Positions 27,981 to 38,487 of a stretch of 64,000 nt of DNA are shown here, piece after piece. The stretch comes from Methylobacter sp. (GTDB lineage: Bacteria > Pseudomonadota > Gammaproteobacteria > Methylococcales > Methylomonadaceae): positions 44,918-108,917 of the forward strand of contig SCPZ01000109.1 of assembly GCA_004299305.1 (NCBI GenBank), given 5' to 3'. Position 1 is the first letter of the stretch, and each line of letters begins with the position of its first letter. The notes under the pieces are model-generated. The model saw only the letters and a program-made list of their open reading frames with translations, was not told the DNA's origin and made no database searches. The position numbers and the translations under genes were made by a program.

Positions 27981-28598
27981 ATGAATAAATCAAAGTTATT
28001 AATTGCGTCATTAATCGCACTAAGCATGCCTGGATTAGTATCAGCTGATAATAAACCGACTCCCCAAAATGGATTTGGTTTTACGGGTGTAGGTATAGGA
28101 TCAAGTCAATATTTAGGGGTTTATCTTTCAACCCCACCCGCTCCGACGATTCCAACAAAACCCGGAATAGATGGGGGATCAACTCCGCCAACACCACCAG
28201 TCTGCAATGTTGATATTCAAGTGCTTGGAGATGATGGCCAACCAAATCTTAATGTTAAGCCAATAACAAACCAAATTATTCAACCAGGAACAACAGTATT
28301 TCTAAGACCTACCGATCCTGAAACTGCTGTTACCGATCCCACTACTACAGGTGGTGTTACCGACCCTGCTACAACGCCCACTGACCCTGCTACAACACCC
28401 ACTGACCCTGTTATCAGCCCTGCAACGGGGCCTCAATATTTCAATGTAAGTGTTAAAATAAACACACCAAGCATGACTCCAGGTAAAGATAAAAAGAATA
28501 TGGTTTGCGCAGGACTCACAGGAACTCTCGGAGTCTATGACAAAACATCACAAAACTTGCAGGTGTTAGTCCCAATGTTGCCAGCGCCTCTAAAATAA
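27981..28598 (+). CDS. Secreted hypothetical protein with Pro/Thr-rich TDP repeats
   Basis: MNKSKLLIASLIALSMPGLVSA signal peptide; two Cys; VTDPATTPTDPATTPTDP; followed by a terminator. Confidence 0.75.
   Translation: MNKSKLLIASLIALSMPGLVSADNKPTPQNGFGFTGVGIGSSQYLGVYLSTPPAPTIPTKPGIDGGSTPPTPPVCNVDIQVLGDDGQPNLNVKPITNQIIQPGTTVFLRPTDPETAVTDPTTTGGVTDPATTPTDPATTPTDPVISPATGPQYFNVSVKINTPSMTPGKDKKNMVCAGLTGTLGVYDKTSQNLQVLVPMLPAPLK
28362..28410 (+). repeat. 21-bp in-frame tandem repeat (~2.3 copies)
   Basis: GACCCTGCTACAAC(G/A)CCCACT twice plus GACCCTG. Confidence 0.85.
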
Positions 28599-28632
28599 CA
28601 CCGACAATAAGTTTAAATAACCAATAGCTAAG

Positions 28633-28664
28633 GAAGCCTCAGTTCGTTGCCGGACTGAGGCTTC
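28633..28664. terminator. Hairpin terminator between convergent genes
   Basis: GAAGCCTCAGT-N10-ACTGAGGCTTC. Confidence 0.7.
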
Positions 28665-28785
28665 ATAAATTATTTTTTGCTACCCCACCTAGCAATGCTT
28701 TCAAGCCGCATTATCCCGGTCGAAACGTAACTGACCTTCATAATTAAACCCACATCACTTTAGTTATCGCAGCAAGCACCACTAC

Positions 28786-29106
28786 TTACTGAGCTTTGTC
28801 TATATCCGCATCACTCATATTCAAACGGTAATAGAGTGCTTTTTTAACTGCGTGTATTCCTTGCTTTATACTATCCATCGCAACTGCTTTATTTCCGCCA
28901 AAATTATCAGGCGCTGCCTCTAAATCTTTAAGAGCGGCCTTCATTTCATCAATAGCTTTAACTAAATTAGGATGAGCTGCTCGTTCTTGTTGTATTGTCG
29001 ACTGAGGATTAGCATAGACAGGCATAGAAGCTCCTCCTATCATAACTGTCGCCAACACGCCGATTGAAGTCATTGTTCTAAAATTAACATTCATAAGATT
29101 CTCCAT
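28786..29106 (-). CDS. Small secreted helical hypothetical protein
   Basis: Signal-like N-terminus (ASMPVYA), then HPNLVKAIDEMKAAL..AAPDNFGGNKAVA; GGAG RBS upstream. Confidence 0.7.
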   Translation of the reverse strand: MENLMNVNFRTMTSIGVLATVMIGGASMPVYANPQSTIQQERAAHPNLVKAIDEMKAALKDLEAAPDNFGGNKAVAMDSIKQGIHAVKKALYYRLNMSDADIDKAQ

Positions 29107-29498
29107 GGTAGAGTTGAAATCAAGGGCAAGCTACGCAGCCACCCCTAACAGATTGATAATAGACTACTGTTAACCGGTTGCTACTATCAGTCAAGAAAAA
29201 TTATCAGCACCATCCATATTTACCCCCATTTCATTGTTCAGCTACTTTGAACTAAAGTTTCAGAGTTCAAGAAACAAAGCAACATAGTGATAAATAATAA
29301 AGCGCCCTGCAAGAGTATAACTAGTGTCAAACTTATAATTAATTATTTATAATCAACACCTTATAATTAAAACGCAAAGGCAAGTTAGCCGTCTCCAAAG
29401 TAGCGGCCACGAATTGATCGACGGTGAGTTATTGAATTCCGGTTACACCAACACGAAAACCACCCCAGCTTCCCAAAATCTTCGTCAGTTGGAATTTT

Positions 29499-29783
29499 AT
29501 GCGCATAGTACACAACCCGCAAATGACCTTTGGCCAAGTCGACATTGCCGACATTGAGATCAACCTCAAATCCAGAGACGACATCCCGCACATTTTACTG
29601 GGCTTACAATACCTCTATGCCGTTGCGTTGATACAAGACAGGGTAGCCGAAAATGTCGGCTGTCGTTTTGTTGTGACCGATGCCAAAAGCGAAGCTGTCA
29701 GCTTTTATGAAAAACAGGGATTTGTTTTGTTGGATTCCGATGGTAACCAATCGACCGAACATCATTTGATGTTTTGGATTTAG
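29499..29783 (+). pseudogene. Chimeric remnant: transposase N-terminus fused to a GNAT acetyltransferase C-terminus
   Basis: First 40 aa (MRIVHNPQMTFGQVDI..KSRDDIPHILLGLQYLY) recall ISNCY/IS5-like transposase starts; the rest (GCRFVVTDAKSEAVSFYEKQGF) is a GNAT motif-B end. Family calls are from memory. Confidence 0.6.
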
Positions 29784-29954
29784 TAGGCTTGGTGTTATTT
29801 CCGCTTGGATATATTGCCGGGTAACACCGGCTTTTTTGTGCCTGGAAGTTGGCAAGTGTTGCGGGTGATTATTTGAGCGTCTGTCATGAGTGCGCCACAG
29901 AGAATTTCAGGCATAAAAAAAGACCCTCGAATTACCGTAAGGTCTTGATTTTAA

Positions 29955-30031
29955 TGGTGGCGATAGGTGGACTTGAACCACCGACCCCGGGGTTATGAAT
30001 CCCGTGCTCTAACCAGCTGAGCTATATCGCC
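29955..30031 (-). tRNA. tRNA-Met (CAT), elongator type
   Basis: Reverse complement GGCGATATAGCTCAGCTGGTTAGAGCACGGGATTCATAACCCCGGGGTCGGTGGTTCAAGTCCACCTATCGCCACCA: 77 nt cloverleaf, encoded CCA, G1-C72 paired. Ile2 not fully excluded. Confidence 0.93.
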
Positions 30032-30084
30032 ATTTAAGCGGGCCTTTCAAAGAGCGGAAATTATAAATACTCGCTCTTACTTTG

Positions 30085-31176
30085 TCAAACGTTGAATCTA
30101 AAATGTACGACGTCTCCGTCTTTAACGATATAATCTTTGCCTTCAAGTCGCCATTTTCCGGCATCTTTGGCCCCCTGTTCACCTTTGTAGTCAATGAAAT
30201 CCTGATAGGCAATAACTTCGGCGCGAATAAAGCCTTTTTCGAAATCACTGTGAATTACGCCAGCCGCCTGAGGTGCAGTAGCACCAACCGGAATAGTCCA
30301 AGCCCTGACTTCTTTTACGCCAGCAGTAAAATAGGTAGCTAGGTTTAATAATTTATATCCCGCTCTTACGACACGGTTCAAGCCGGGTTCTTCGAGTCCC
30401 AGATCATCAAGAAATTCCTTCTTTTCCTCTTCATCCAGTTGGGCTATCTCCGCTTCTATGGCAGCACAGATAGGCACCACCATGGCCCCTTCTTTGTCGG
30501 CCAGCACTTTTACTTTATCCAGTAACGGATTGTTCTCGAAACCGTCATCCTGAACATTGGCAATATACATGGCCGGTTTGAGTGTCATCAGGCATAGGTC
30601 TCTAATTAGGGCTTTTTCATCTTCGGTTAAAGGTAAGGTTCTCGCAGGTTCCCCTGCATCCAGTTGCTTGAAAACTTTTTCCAGCACGTCTTTTTTTGCC
30701 TGTTCGTCTTTGTTGCCGGTTCTGGCCGCTTTGCTTGCACGTAACAGGGCTTTTTCAACGGAAGCCATATCGGCCAAGGCCAATTCTGTATTAATAACTT
30801 CGATGTCGGAAATAGGGTCGATTTTTCCTGCGACATGGATGACGTTATCATCATGAAAGCAGCGCACAACATGAGCAATGGCATCCGTTTCACGAATATT
30901 AGCTAAAAACTGGTTGCCTAAACCTTCGCCCTTTGAAGCACCCGCAACCAAGCCTGCGATGTCTACAAATTCAATCGTCGTAGGCAGCGTGCGCTCAGGC
31001 TTTACAATTTCCGCAAGCTTATCCATCCGAGGGTCAGGCACTGGAACCACGCCTACATTGGGATCAATGGTGCAGAAAGGATAATTTTCGGCCGCGATTT
31101 TCGCACGGGTTAATGCATTAAATAAGGTCGATTTTCCAACGTTGGGTAGACCAACGATTCCACAATACAGCGCCAT
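30085..31176 (-). CDS. ychF: Redox-regulated ribosome-binding ATPase YchF
   Basis: [77 protein letters not shown]. Confidence 0.98.
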   Translation of the reverse strand: MALYCGIVGLPNVGKSTLFNALTRAKIAAENYPFCTIDPNVGVVPVPDPRMDKLAEIVKPERTLPTTIEFVDIAGLVAGASKGEGLGNQFLANIRETDAIAHVVRCFHDDNVIHVAGKIDPISDIEVINTELALADMASVEKALLRASKAARTGNKDEQAKKDVLEKVFKQLDAGEPARTLPLTEDEKALIRDLCLMTLKPAMYIANVQDDGFENNPLLDKVKVLADKEGAMVVPICAAIEAEIAQLDEEEKKEFLDDLGLEEPGLNRVVRAGYKLLNLATYFTAGVKEVRAWTIPVGATAPQAAGVIHSDFEKGFIRAEVIAYQDFIDYKGEQGAKDAGKWRLEGKDYIVKDGDVVHFRFNV

Positions 31177-31424
31177 AGAGTTCTCTGAAATTTTAGAAGA
31201 AGTGAGTGCAGCAAGATGAGTCAAGCCGAAACAAAGCGGGGATTATACAAGCTATGGCTTTAATCTAAAAAACTAAAACAAGAGAAATTCATTAAAGCTA
31301 GAGGAATTAACAGTTTAAATGGCTTAAAAAAGCTCCGTTTATCAGAATAACAAAACAGCGCAATCCATAGTGGATCGCACAGATAAATCTATAAAACCTA
31401 TGCAATCCTGTTATAGATTTGCCC

Positions 31425-31595
31425 GTAACTATTCAGCGTATGCTAAAAATGATTAATGGAACACGGATGCCAAAAGTAGGCGCCTCTAGGCGACACTGAT
31501 TAAACGGATAATCACCGATTAAAAGCACAGAATATTTTAAAAAATCCGTGTAAATCCGTCCTATCCGTTCCATTTCTTTTTCGCTGAATAGTTAC
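31425..31595. mobile_element. F3 (IS66-like) MITE with CACGGAT/ATCCGTG cargo
   Basis: GTAACTATTCAGC...GCTGAATAGTTAC; flanks ATTTGCCC / ATTTGCCA (7 of 8 match). Confidence 0.88.
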
Positions 31596-31658
31596 ATTTG
31601 CCATTAGTATGCTGATTTTTTGACAGTAACGACAACGCTTACCACGAAGAAGATTTTC

Positions 31659-33608
31659 TCAATTCCCAAGCAATGCAAGCATTTCTTCCCTGTTAATCAC
31701 TTCTTTTTCTTGTAACAAATCGGCCAGCTTTTCCAATGCCGACTTGTTTGCGATGATAATTTCACGAGCGCGTGTTTCACCTTCTTCAACTAGCGCTATT
31801 ATTTCAGTATCAATCAGGCGGGCTGTCACATCGGAGTAATTGCGATACTCGGAAACGTCTGTTTCCAGAAACTGGAGCTGCTGGCGTTTTCCGTAAGTTA
31901 ATGGTCCCATTTTTTTGCTCATACCCAGATTACAGACCATATTGCGGGCAATCTCACTGGCTTTTTCCAAATCATTCTGGGCTCCGCTGGAGATACTGTC
32001 TAGTGCAATTTCCTCAGCCATGCGCCCGCCTAACAGAATGGCTATTTGATCTTTAAGTTCATTTTCTGTCGATAAGAATTTTTCCTCCACCGGTAATTGC
32101 AAAGTAAAACCCAATGCAGACACGCCACGAGGAATAATGGAAATTTTATGAACGGGTTGTCCGGTTGGCACATGTTCTGCCACCATGGCGTGTCCTGCTT
32201 CGTGGAAAGCTACCCTGCGCTTTTCATCCGGATTTAAAACCCTGTTCTTTTTTTCAGGCCCAGCCAATATGCGGTCAATAGCCGACTCGAAATCCTCTTT
32301 TTTAACGTTATCATGACCAACTCGAGTCGCCATAATCGCCGCCTCATTGGCTATGTTGGCAAGATCTGCGCCGACCAGTCCAGGCGTCCGCTTGGCAATT
32401 ATTGATAGGTCGATATTATCAGCCAGAGTCAGTGCTTTGGTATGCAATTTAAGAATCTCAACCCGGTCTCGCAAATCCGGTTTATCAACCACAATCTGAC
32501 GATCGAAACGTCCTGCGCGCAACAGCGCTTTATCCAGCACTTCAGGGCGATTGGTTGCCGCCATGACTACCACGCCGACTGAGGTATCAAATCCGTCCAT
32601 TTCGGTCAGCAACTGGTTTAAGGTCTGTTCGCGTTCATCATGACCGCCAATCATCACCGGGCCGCCGCGGGTGCGGCCAATAGCGTCCAGCTCATCGATA
32701 AATATGATACAGGGTGCTTGATTCCGCGCCTGTATAAAAAGCTCGCGCACCCTGGCAGCGCCCACGCCGACAAACAGTTCAATAAATTCAGAGCCGCTGA
32801 TATTAAAAAACGGCACCTGCGCTTCCCCGGAAACTGCACGCGCCAGCAGGGTTTTTCCGGTTCCGGGCGGTCCTACCAGTAATACGCCTTTGGGCATACG
32901 ACCGCCCAATTTCTGGAATTTTTCCGGTGTTTTTAGAAAATCGATGGATTCTTTAAGCTCCTGTTTTGCACTATCGGCACCGGCCACATCATCAAATGTA
33001 ATCTTAGCTTGGGTGTCTTGATGAATATGAATTTTGTCTCCCAAATTAAGGAACGATTGCGCACCGGCCGCAGTACGGCGCATAACCCATGACCAGATTA
33101 GCACTAGGATTAACATCGGGATAATCCAGTTGAAAAAAAGATTGCTTAACCAGTTATCACTACTTCGAACTACAAACTCAACCTTATTCTGTTCCAGCAT
33201 TTGTGCAAGATCATTTTGCCACAATGGAATCGTCATGAAATTTTTGGCGGACTGTTTTGGATCGTCAGGCTTGATAACACCGGTAATGAACCTTTCGGTT
33301 ACCACCGCCTTATCAATTTTTGTCTCTTTGACCAACTTAATAAACTGGCTGTAGGGAATTTCGTCTTGTTGCACTTCCCGAACGCTATTGATAAAGGTCA
33401 ATGCCAGAATTAATAACAAGGCAAAGTAAAGAATCTTTCTTTGCCGGGAGGTAGTGGTTTTTTTATCCAGCGGTTTATTGAGCTCCCGTTCCGGTTCCTG
33501 TTTGGATAGGTAGCTAAATCCGGTAATTAATAAACTTTTTAGATAGACGAAGATATTGCTTAGCAGCGTGAGTATTGTCTTAACGATAGGGTTCTTTGAG
33601 TCGTCCAT
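31659..33608 (-). CDS. ftsH: ATP-dependent zinc metalloprotease FtsH (probable accessory paralogue)
   Basis: Two TMs, [47 protein letters not shown]. Confidence 0.95.
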   Translation of the reverse strand: MDDSKNPIVKTILTLLSNIFVYLKSLLITGFSYLSKQEPERELNKPLDKKTTTSRQRKILYFALLLILALTFINSVREVQQDEIPYSQFIKLVKETKIDKAVVTERFITGVIKPDDPKQSAKNFMTIPLWQNDLAQMLEQNKVEFVVRSSDNWLSNLFFNWIIPMLILVLIWSWVMRRTAAGAQSFLNLGDKIHIHQDTQAKITFDDVAGADSAKQELKESIDFLKTPEKFQKLGGRMPKGVLLVGPPGTGKTLLARAVSGEAQVPFFNISGSEFIELFVGVGAARVRELFIQARNQAPCIIFIDELDAIGRTRGGPVMIGGHDEREQTLNQLLTEMDGFDTSVGVVVMAATNRPEVLDKALLRAGRFDRQIVVDKPDLRDRVEILKLHTKALTLADNIDLSIIAKRTPGLVGADLANIANEAAIMATRVGHDNVKKEDFESAIDRILAGPEKKNRVLNPDEKRRVAFHEAGHAMVAEHVPTGQPVHKISIIPRGVSALGFTLQLPVEEKFLSTENELKDQIAILLGGRMAEEIALDSISSGAQNDLEKASEIARNMVCNLGMSKKMGPLTYGKRQQLQFLETDVSEYRNYSDVTARLIDTEIIALVEEGETRAREIIIANKSALEKLADLLQEKEVINREEMLALLGN

Positions 33609-33650
33609 TGTGGCATCACCTTGTGTTAATGGTCATTTTATTTGGTGTGA

Positions 33651-34424
33651 TTAACCGTTAACAAGCCGCCAATGAGGCCAAGACTGGTCCGGTTCTGTCT
33701 TTGCCTTGTTTATCCGATTCTGAAAATGATCTACCGACTGATCCAGTATTGAAACAATCTCTTCACAGCAAATAATATTTTTGCTGTTGTAAAAAATATA
33801 ATTTGCCAGTTTTGTGATTGCAGCCCAGTTTGCATCATTATTTACAAAGTCAAATGCCGCATCGAACAATTTAGCTAATTTGTCATCTCTTTGTTGAGCA
33901 TCGGCGGAGAAGCTATGCAAATATTCATTAACCAAGGCAAGATCTGAACTGCCGCCATAATTTCTTAATGCTTTCAGGTTAACTATCCGCGGATTAAACA
34001 GCTCATCATCGGTGTCTGCTACATGTTTGGCCTCAGCCAACGGCCCGATGAGCAGGTTAACAATATCCGCTTCAAAGGCTATCATATAATCCTTTATCAA
34101 TTGCACCATTGCGTCATTGTGTTCTGTTAATTCGCATACCAGGTTATCAATGAAAGGCGGTATTTCAATTAACCGACCGCCTTGAACTCGTGCAATACAA
34201 TCGTCATGGCTTGTTTGATAAGTCATGATGTCCGCTTCCGTCGCATTATTCATGTCCTTAAAAATAATGTTAAAAAAAACCGGCGGTAGCTGCCTCGCTT
34301 GGTTATTTAAATGAATACCTGCCGCATGTCCAGCTTCATGAAATGCAATACGTTGTTTATGCTCTATTAATTTATTCTGACTGAAGGTATCAGTTATTTT
34401 ATTTCTTTTCATATTAAGCACCAT
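33651..34424 (-). CDS. Stand-alone peptidase M41-like domain protein (no AAA domain, no TM)
   Basis: [16 protein letters not shown] (cf. FtsH GGR.AEE), GGSSDL (cf. GA.ND), NWAAITKLANY terminal helix. Confidence 0.65.
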   Translation of the reverse strand: MVLNMKRNKITDTFSQNKLIEHKQRIAFHEAGHAAGIHLNNQARQLPPVFFNIIFKDMNNATEADIMTYQTSHDDCIARVQGGRLIEIPPFIDNLVCELTEHNDAMVQLIKDYMIAFEADIVNLLIGPLAEAKHVADTDDELFNPRIVNLKALRNYGGSSDLALVNEYLHSFSADAQQRDDKLAKLFDAAFDFVNNDANWAAITKLANYIFYNSKNIICCEEIVSILDQSVDHFQNRINKAKTEPDQSWPHWRLVNG

Positions 34425-34463
34425 AAGCTTTAAGTTAACAAATATTGTGATTTAAAAAGATAC

Positions 34464-34658
34464 TCAGCATTCCTGTGACCAATAAAAGTATTGATTTTTG
34501 ATTTCCCATTCGGCCTCAAGCCAGTCTTCCATTTCATGCCCATCCACAAAACCTCTTTTTTCGGATTTACAGTAAGCCCGTTCTGCAACCATTTTTTTAA
34601 ATCTATCTTCGTCAATAGCTTGATTATTTGATTTTTGCACTAAATTAAAATCGACCAT
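34464..34658 (-). CDS. DUF2934-domain small protein
   Basis: VAERAYCKSEKRGFVDGHEMEDWLEAEWEI matches the I..RAY..WE..G...G....DW..AE pattern; GGAGG RBS before ATG 34658. Confidence 0.85.
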   Translation of the reverse strand: MVDFNLVQKSNNQAIDEDRFKKMVAERAYCKSEKRGFVDGHEMEDWLEAEWEIKNQYFYWSQEC

Positions 34659-35148
34659 AACCCCTCCGCATATTTTGAAGAAACATACTCCGGTTTTCAT
34701 TCGATGAGCTTTTTCAGAAATTAAATTTCCAGCTTTATCAGTTAAAAAAGCTTTAAAATCAGAGTTGTTCTACGCAATATTGGGAAATTATTTATCTGAA
34801 AGTTGTATATACAAAAAGATAGTGGAACAATTTGTATGAATACGCTGTTAATCTATCATGAAAAATTAGGTAATATAATCCGTATAAACACCTATACTTG
34901 CTATAGAGCATGTTTTACGAAGGGGTCATGCCGTTACATGCATGGGACTGGTCATTATCGGTTTATGATTGTACATTAGGCGAGATGCTTGATTTTATTG
35001 GTCCCGGTGACGGTTTTAGCCCGCATTTATGCGCACTAGTCGTGGTTGAAACCACCGACTTTCAAGCATCTTCTCTTTAGCGAGTGGTTGTTCAGTTTAA
35101 CGATAATTTCACAGGTTTTTTAAACTCTCGCAAAAACAGGTACCCGTT

Positions 35149-37053
35149 ATGAGTCAATCGCCTAATGAACACCTGAATACCGAAACTCTTGACAGTAAAG
35201 CGGAAGTCTTATTGGATAAACACCGTGCAGATATCCAAAAACAGGCAGAAATCATGCTCTCTCATTCCGGTGCCGATATTGCCCGAATGTCCACTAACGA
35301 CATTCAAAAGCTGTTGTTCGAACTTCAGGTTTACCAAATAGAACTAAAAATGCAGAACGAAGAGTTAAACAGAGCTAACCAGGAATTGACTGCATCCCGT
35401 GATGATTATGCCCAACTTTATGATTCATCGCCTGTCGCTTACCTGACGCTAAATGAGGCTGGGATCATTAAAAATGCCAATATTGCGGCCTCAGTCCTGC
35501 TAAGGCATCCAAAAGAAACACTGATAAACAAGCGATTGGGAGAGTTTATTCATCCTACCGACCAGGATAATTATTACTTGTTTCTCCGTAGTCTTTTAGG
35601 GCAAAAAACGGATCAAGTTCTTAACGCCAAACTCAGGGATGCATGTGATGCAGCACCTCATTCAGAATGTCGGCACTTTCAATTTTGTACAAATCTGACA
35701 GGTTTGTCTAAACCCTGCGATAAAAGCAAGCTATTAGCTTATATTGAATGCTACGCAAGGGTTATCCACAAAGATAAAAACCCATTAGAAATATACCTGA
35801 CTATTAATAACGTAACCGAACGTAAGCAAGCGGAAGACACCATTACCTGCCTTAATGAAAAACTGGAAACAAAAATTCGCAAACAGACCAGCGAATTGAC
35901 TGCCAGTAATCTGAGTCTGATGAAAAAAGTCGAAGAACTCCGTCGTTCCAAGCACCAATTACTGGAAAGGGAAGCCAAGCTCAATTCCATTTTTAATGCA
36001 TCGGTGGAAGGCATTATCACCATTAACATGTCCGATGTCATCGTATCTGCTAATGCCGCAGTAGAAACGATTTTCGGCTATAAACCGAAAGAGTTATTGG
36101 GTTGCAGTATTAACAAATTGATGCTGTTATCGCCAAAAGAAATGACTTACAGTTTGCCCAGCGCGATAAAATTTGTCGGTCAAATTAGGGAAATTGACGG
36201 TCTACACAAAAATGGTTCTGTGGTGCCTTTGGATCTGTCCATAGCGGAATTTTCAATCGATAATGAGCGCTACTTCACTAATATCGTGCGTGATGTGAGT
36301 TTGCGTAAACATAGGGAGCAGCAAGATAAGGAACACCTGGACGAACTCGCCCATGTCACTCGCCTTGGACTGATGGGGGAGATGGCTTCAGGCATTGCTC
36401 ATGAGGTCAACCAACCCTTGTCTGCGATTTCCAGCTATACGCAAGCCAGCATAAACCTGATTAACACTGAAAATCTTGATCGGGTAAAGCTTATCGAAAT
36501 CTTGTACAAAACACAGCAACAGGCTTTAAGAGCGGGACAAATAATTCATCGTATGAGGGACTTTGTCAAATCTCATGCAAAACACCGTTCAACTACTGAT
36601 ATCAATACCTTGATTCATGACGCTGTCGGCTTGTGTGTTGCCGAACTTAAACAAAACGATATAAAACTAACATTCGAACTGGAAAATAACCTGCCGTCTA
36701 TCTATGTCGATCATGTACAAATCGAGCAGGTTATCATCAACCTGATCAGAAACAGCATTGAGGCTTTGCAAAATTCGCCTGCAAAACAGCAACGCCAGTT
36801 AACCATTCATAGTCGATTGACGCTCAATAATGGCATACAGGTCAGGGTAAAGGACAATGGGCCGGGACTTGATAAGGACCAGCAACAAAAAATATTGACG
36901 CCTTTTTACACCACAAAAGCAAACGGCATGGGCATGGGACTATCCATCAGTCGATCACTAATCGACGCCCATGAAGGCACTTTGCACTTCAATAGCAAAC
37001 CTGAAAAAGGCACTACTTTTTATTTCACCCTACCCATACGGAGAAAAATCTAA
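35149..37053 (+). CDS. Cytoplasmic PAS-PAS sensor histidine kinase (FixL/TtrS-like)
   Basis: Coiled coil, two PAS domains, GEMASGIAHEVNQPL, QIEQVIINLIRN, DNGPG, FYTTKANGMGMGLSIS. Confidence 0.93.
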   Translation: MSQSPNEHLNTETLDSKAEVLLDKHRADIQKQAEIMLSHSGADIARMSTNDIQKLLFELQVYQIELKMQNEELNRANQELTASRDDYAQLYDSSPVAYLTLNEAGIIKNANIAASVLLRHPKETLINKRLGEFIHPTDQDNYYLFLRSLLGQKTDQVLNAKLRDACDAAPHSECRHFQFCTNLTGLSKPCDKSKLLAYIECYARVIHKDKNPLEIYLTINNVTERKQAEDTITCLNEKLETKIRKQTSELTASNLSLMKKVEELRRSKHQLLEREAKLNSIFNASVEGIITINMSDVIVSANAAVETIFGYKPKELLGCSINKLMLLSPKEMTYSLPSAIKFVGQIREIDGLHKNGSVVPLDLSIAEFSIDNERYFTNIVRDVSLRKHREQQDKEHLDELAHVTRLGLMGEMASGIAHEVNQPLSAISSYTQASINLINTENLDRVKLIEILYKTQQQALRAGQIIHRMRDFVKSHAKHRSTTDINTLIHDAVGLCVAELKQNDIKLTFELENNLPSIYVDHVQIEQVIINLIRNSIEALQNSPAKQQRQLTIHSRLTLNNGIQVRVKDNGPGLDKDQQQKILTPFYTTKANGMGMGLSISRSLIDAHEGTLHFNSKPEKGTTFYFTLPIRRKI

Positions 37054-37703
37054 TGAGCGGTAATAACTCAATGCCCTTGGTTTATTTAGTTGATGATGAA
37101 TTTCCGATACGCGACTCACTAACCCTATTGATTGAATCAACAGGACAAACGGTCAGGAGCTTTGAATCCGCCGAGGCATTTTTGGAGAACTATGACCCTG
37201 AACAACCAGGATGTCTGGTTTTGGATGTTAGAATGCCTTTAATGAGCGGTCACGAACTCCAGAACGAATTATTGAACAGGGATATTACCATTCCTATCAT
37301 ATTTATCAGCGGCAATGCCGATATTGCTGATTCGGCAAAAGCATTCAGGGCCGGTGCTGTTGATTTTTTGGAAAAACCGTTTGATACCGATGTATTGCTG
37401 GAACGAATTGATGAAGCCATTAAAAAAGACATTGTATTCAGGGAAGATCGTATCAAGAAACGCCATATACAAGAGCGTATCAATCATTTAACAACGAGGG
37501 AAAAAGAAGTGCTGGGCTTGATAGTCAAAAGCCACTCAAATAAAGAGTCTGCAAGCATACTTAATATCAGCAATCGCACCATCGAAGCACACCGGAGTAG
37601 TATCATGGAAAAAATGCAGGCTGAAAATGTCGCCGAACTGATAACGATGGTCATGTATTGTGAAGCCTTAGGTAATCGTTTACAGGAAAAAAGGTTTCGT
37701 TAG
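37053..37703 (+). CDS. FixJ/TtrR-like response regulator (REC + LuxR HTH)
   Basis: LVDDE, LVLDVRMP, FLEKPF, LTTREKEVL, ISNRTIEAHRSSIMEKM. Confidence 0.93.
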   Translation: MSGNNSMPLVYLVDDEFPIRDSLTLLIESTGQTVRSFESAEAFLENYDPEQPGCLVLDVRMPLMSGHELQNELLNRDITIPIIFISGNADIADSAKAFRAGAVDFLEKPFDTDVLLERIDEAIKKDIVFREDRIKKRHIQERINHLTTREKEVLGLIVKSHSNKESASILNISNRTIEAHRSSIMEKMQAENVAELITMVMYCEALGNRLQEKRFR

Positions 37704-37751
37704 TTCCATTTTGTCACCGCTAAAATTCCAACCATCACGTCTCAAGATAAC

Positions 37752-38189
37752 ATGTCAAAACCCGTCACCCCTTTATTAGCAGCCGATATTTTAATTGAAT
37801 TAACCGACCAACCAGATCGGCCCTTTGTGTTAATTGAACGTGCCTATCCGCCTTACGGTTGGGCTGTTCCGGGAGGTTTTGTCGATGTTGGCGAAACCGT
37901 AGAGCAAGCCGCCATCCGTGAAGCCAAGGAAGAAACCTGTCTTGATATTACATTGACGGTTTTACTGGGTATCTATTCCAACCCCAAACGCGATCCGCGC
38001 AACCATACCGTTACCGCCGTCTATATTGCCGAAGCGACTGGAATGCCGTTAGCTGCGGATGATGCAAAGAATTTCGGTATTTTTACTTTTGCCAATCTTC
38101 CGGCTGTGTTGGCATTCGACCATGCCCAGGTTGTGGATGATTATAAAAATTACCGCATGACCGGTAAAGTTACGCCGTTGCGGGTGTAA
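37752..38189 (+). CDS. NUDIX hydrolase (ADP-ribose pyrophosphatase-like)
   Basis: PGGFVDVGETVEQAAIREAKEETCL Nudix box; RDPR.HTV; LAFDH. Confidence 0.93.
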   Translation: MSKPVTPLLAADILIELTDQPDRPFVLIERAYPPYGWAVPGGFVDVGETVEQAAIREAKEETCLDITLTVLLGIYSNPKRDPRNHTVTAVYIAEATGMPLAADDAKNFGIFTFANLPAVLAFDHAQVVDDYKNYRMTGKVTPLRV

Positions 38190-38201
38190 ATAAAAAAAGC
38201 C

Positions 38202-38474
38202 TTGTCCACGAAAAGCACGAAAAATAGTTTGAGCAAAACTTTGTGTATTACCGGAGTACAAGGCTGGCCTTGTACGTGTCAATCGTTCAAAGCCAGCTTT
38301 GCCTACATGGATGCAGGAGGTAGAGCAATGCAGGAGCAATTGCCGAGGCGACACAGATAGGACGGATTTACACGGATTTTTTAAAATATTCTGTGCTTTT
38401 AATCAGTGATTATCCGTTTAATCAGTGTCGCCTAGAGGCGCCTACTTTTGGCATCTCGTGCCTTTCGTGGACAA
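38202..38474. repeat. Composite hairpin element between convergent nudix and gcvP
   Basis: Outer IR TTGTCCACGAAAAGCACGAAA / TCTCGTGCCTTTCGTGGACAA. It encloses the TGCAGGAGGTAGAGCAATG module (38303-38346) and a ~110-bp module that is the reverse complement of the cargo at 31465-31570. Confidence 0.75.
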
Positions 38475-38487
38475 TATTTAACATCAG

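Noticed and set aside
28362-28410. Possible CRISPR array (also considered for the intergenic palindromes)
   Set aside because: This is an in-frame coding tandem repeat with no spacers. No regularly spaced repeat-spacer run and no cas gene occur anywhere in the window.
29955-30031. Initiator tRNA, or an integrase attachment-site duplicate
   Set aside because: G1-C72 is paired, so it is not fMet. I found no second copy of the tRNA 3' end and no integrase within the window.
35038-35097. Hairpin resembling an IS200/IS605 end (AGTCGTGGTTGAAACCACCGACT...GTGGTTGTTCA)
   Set aside because: It is short, has no partner end or tnpA/tnpB, and the resemblance is too weak to call.
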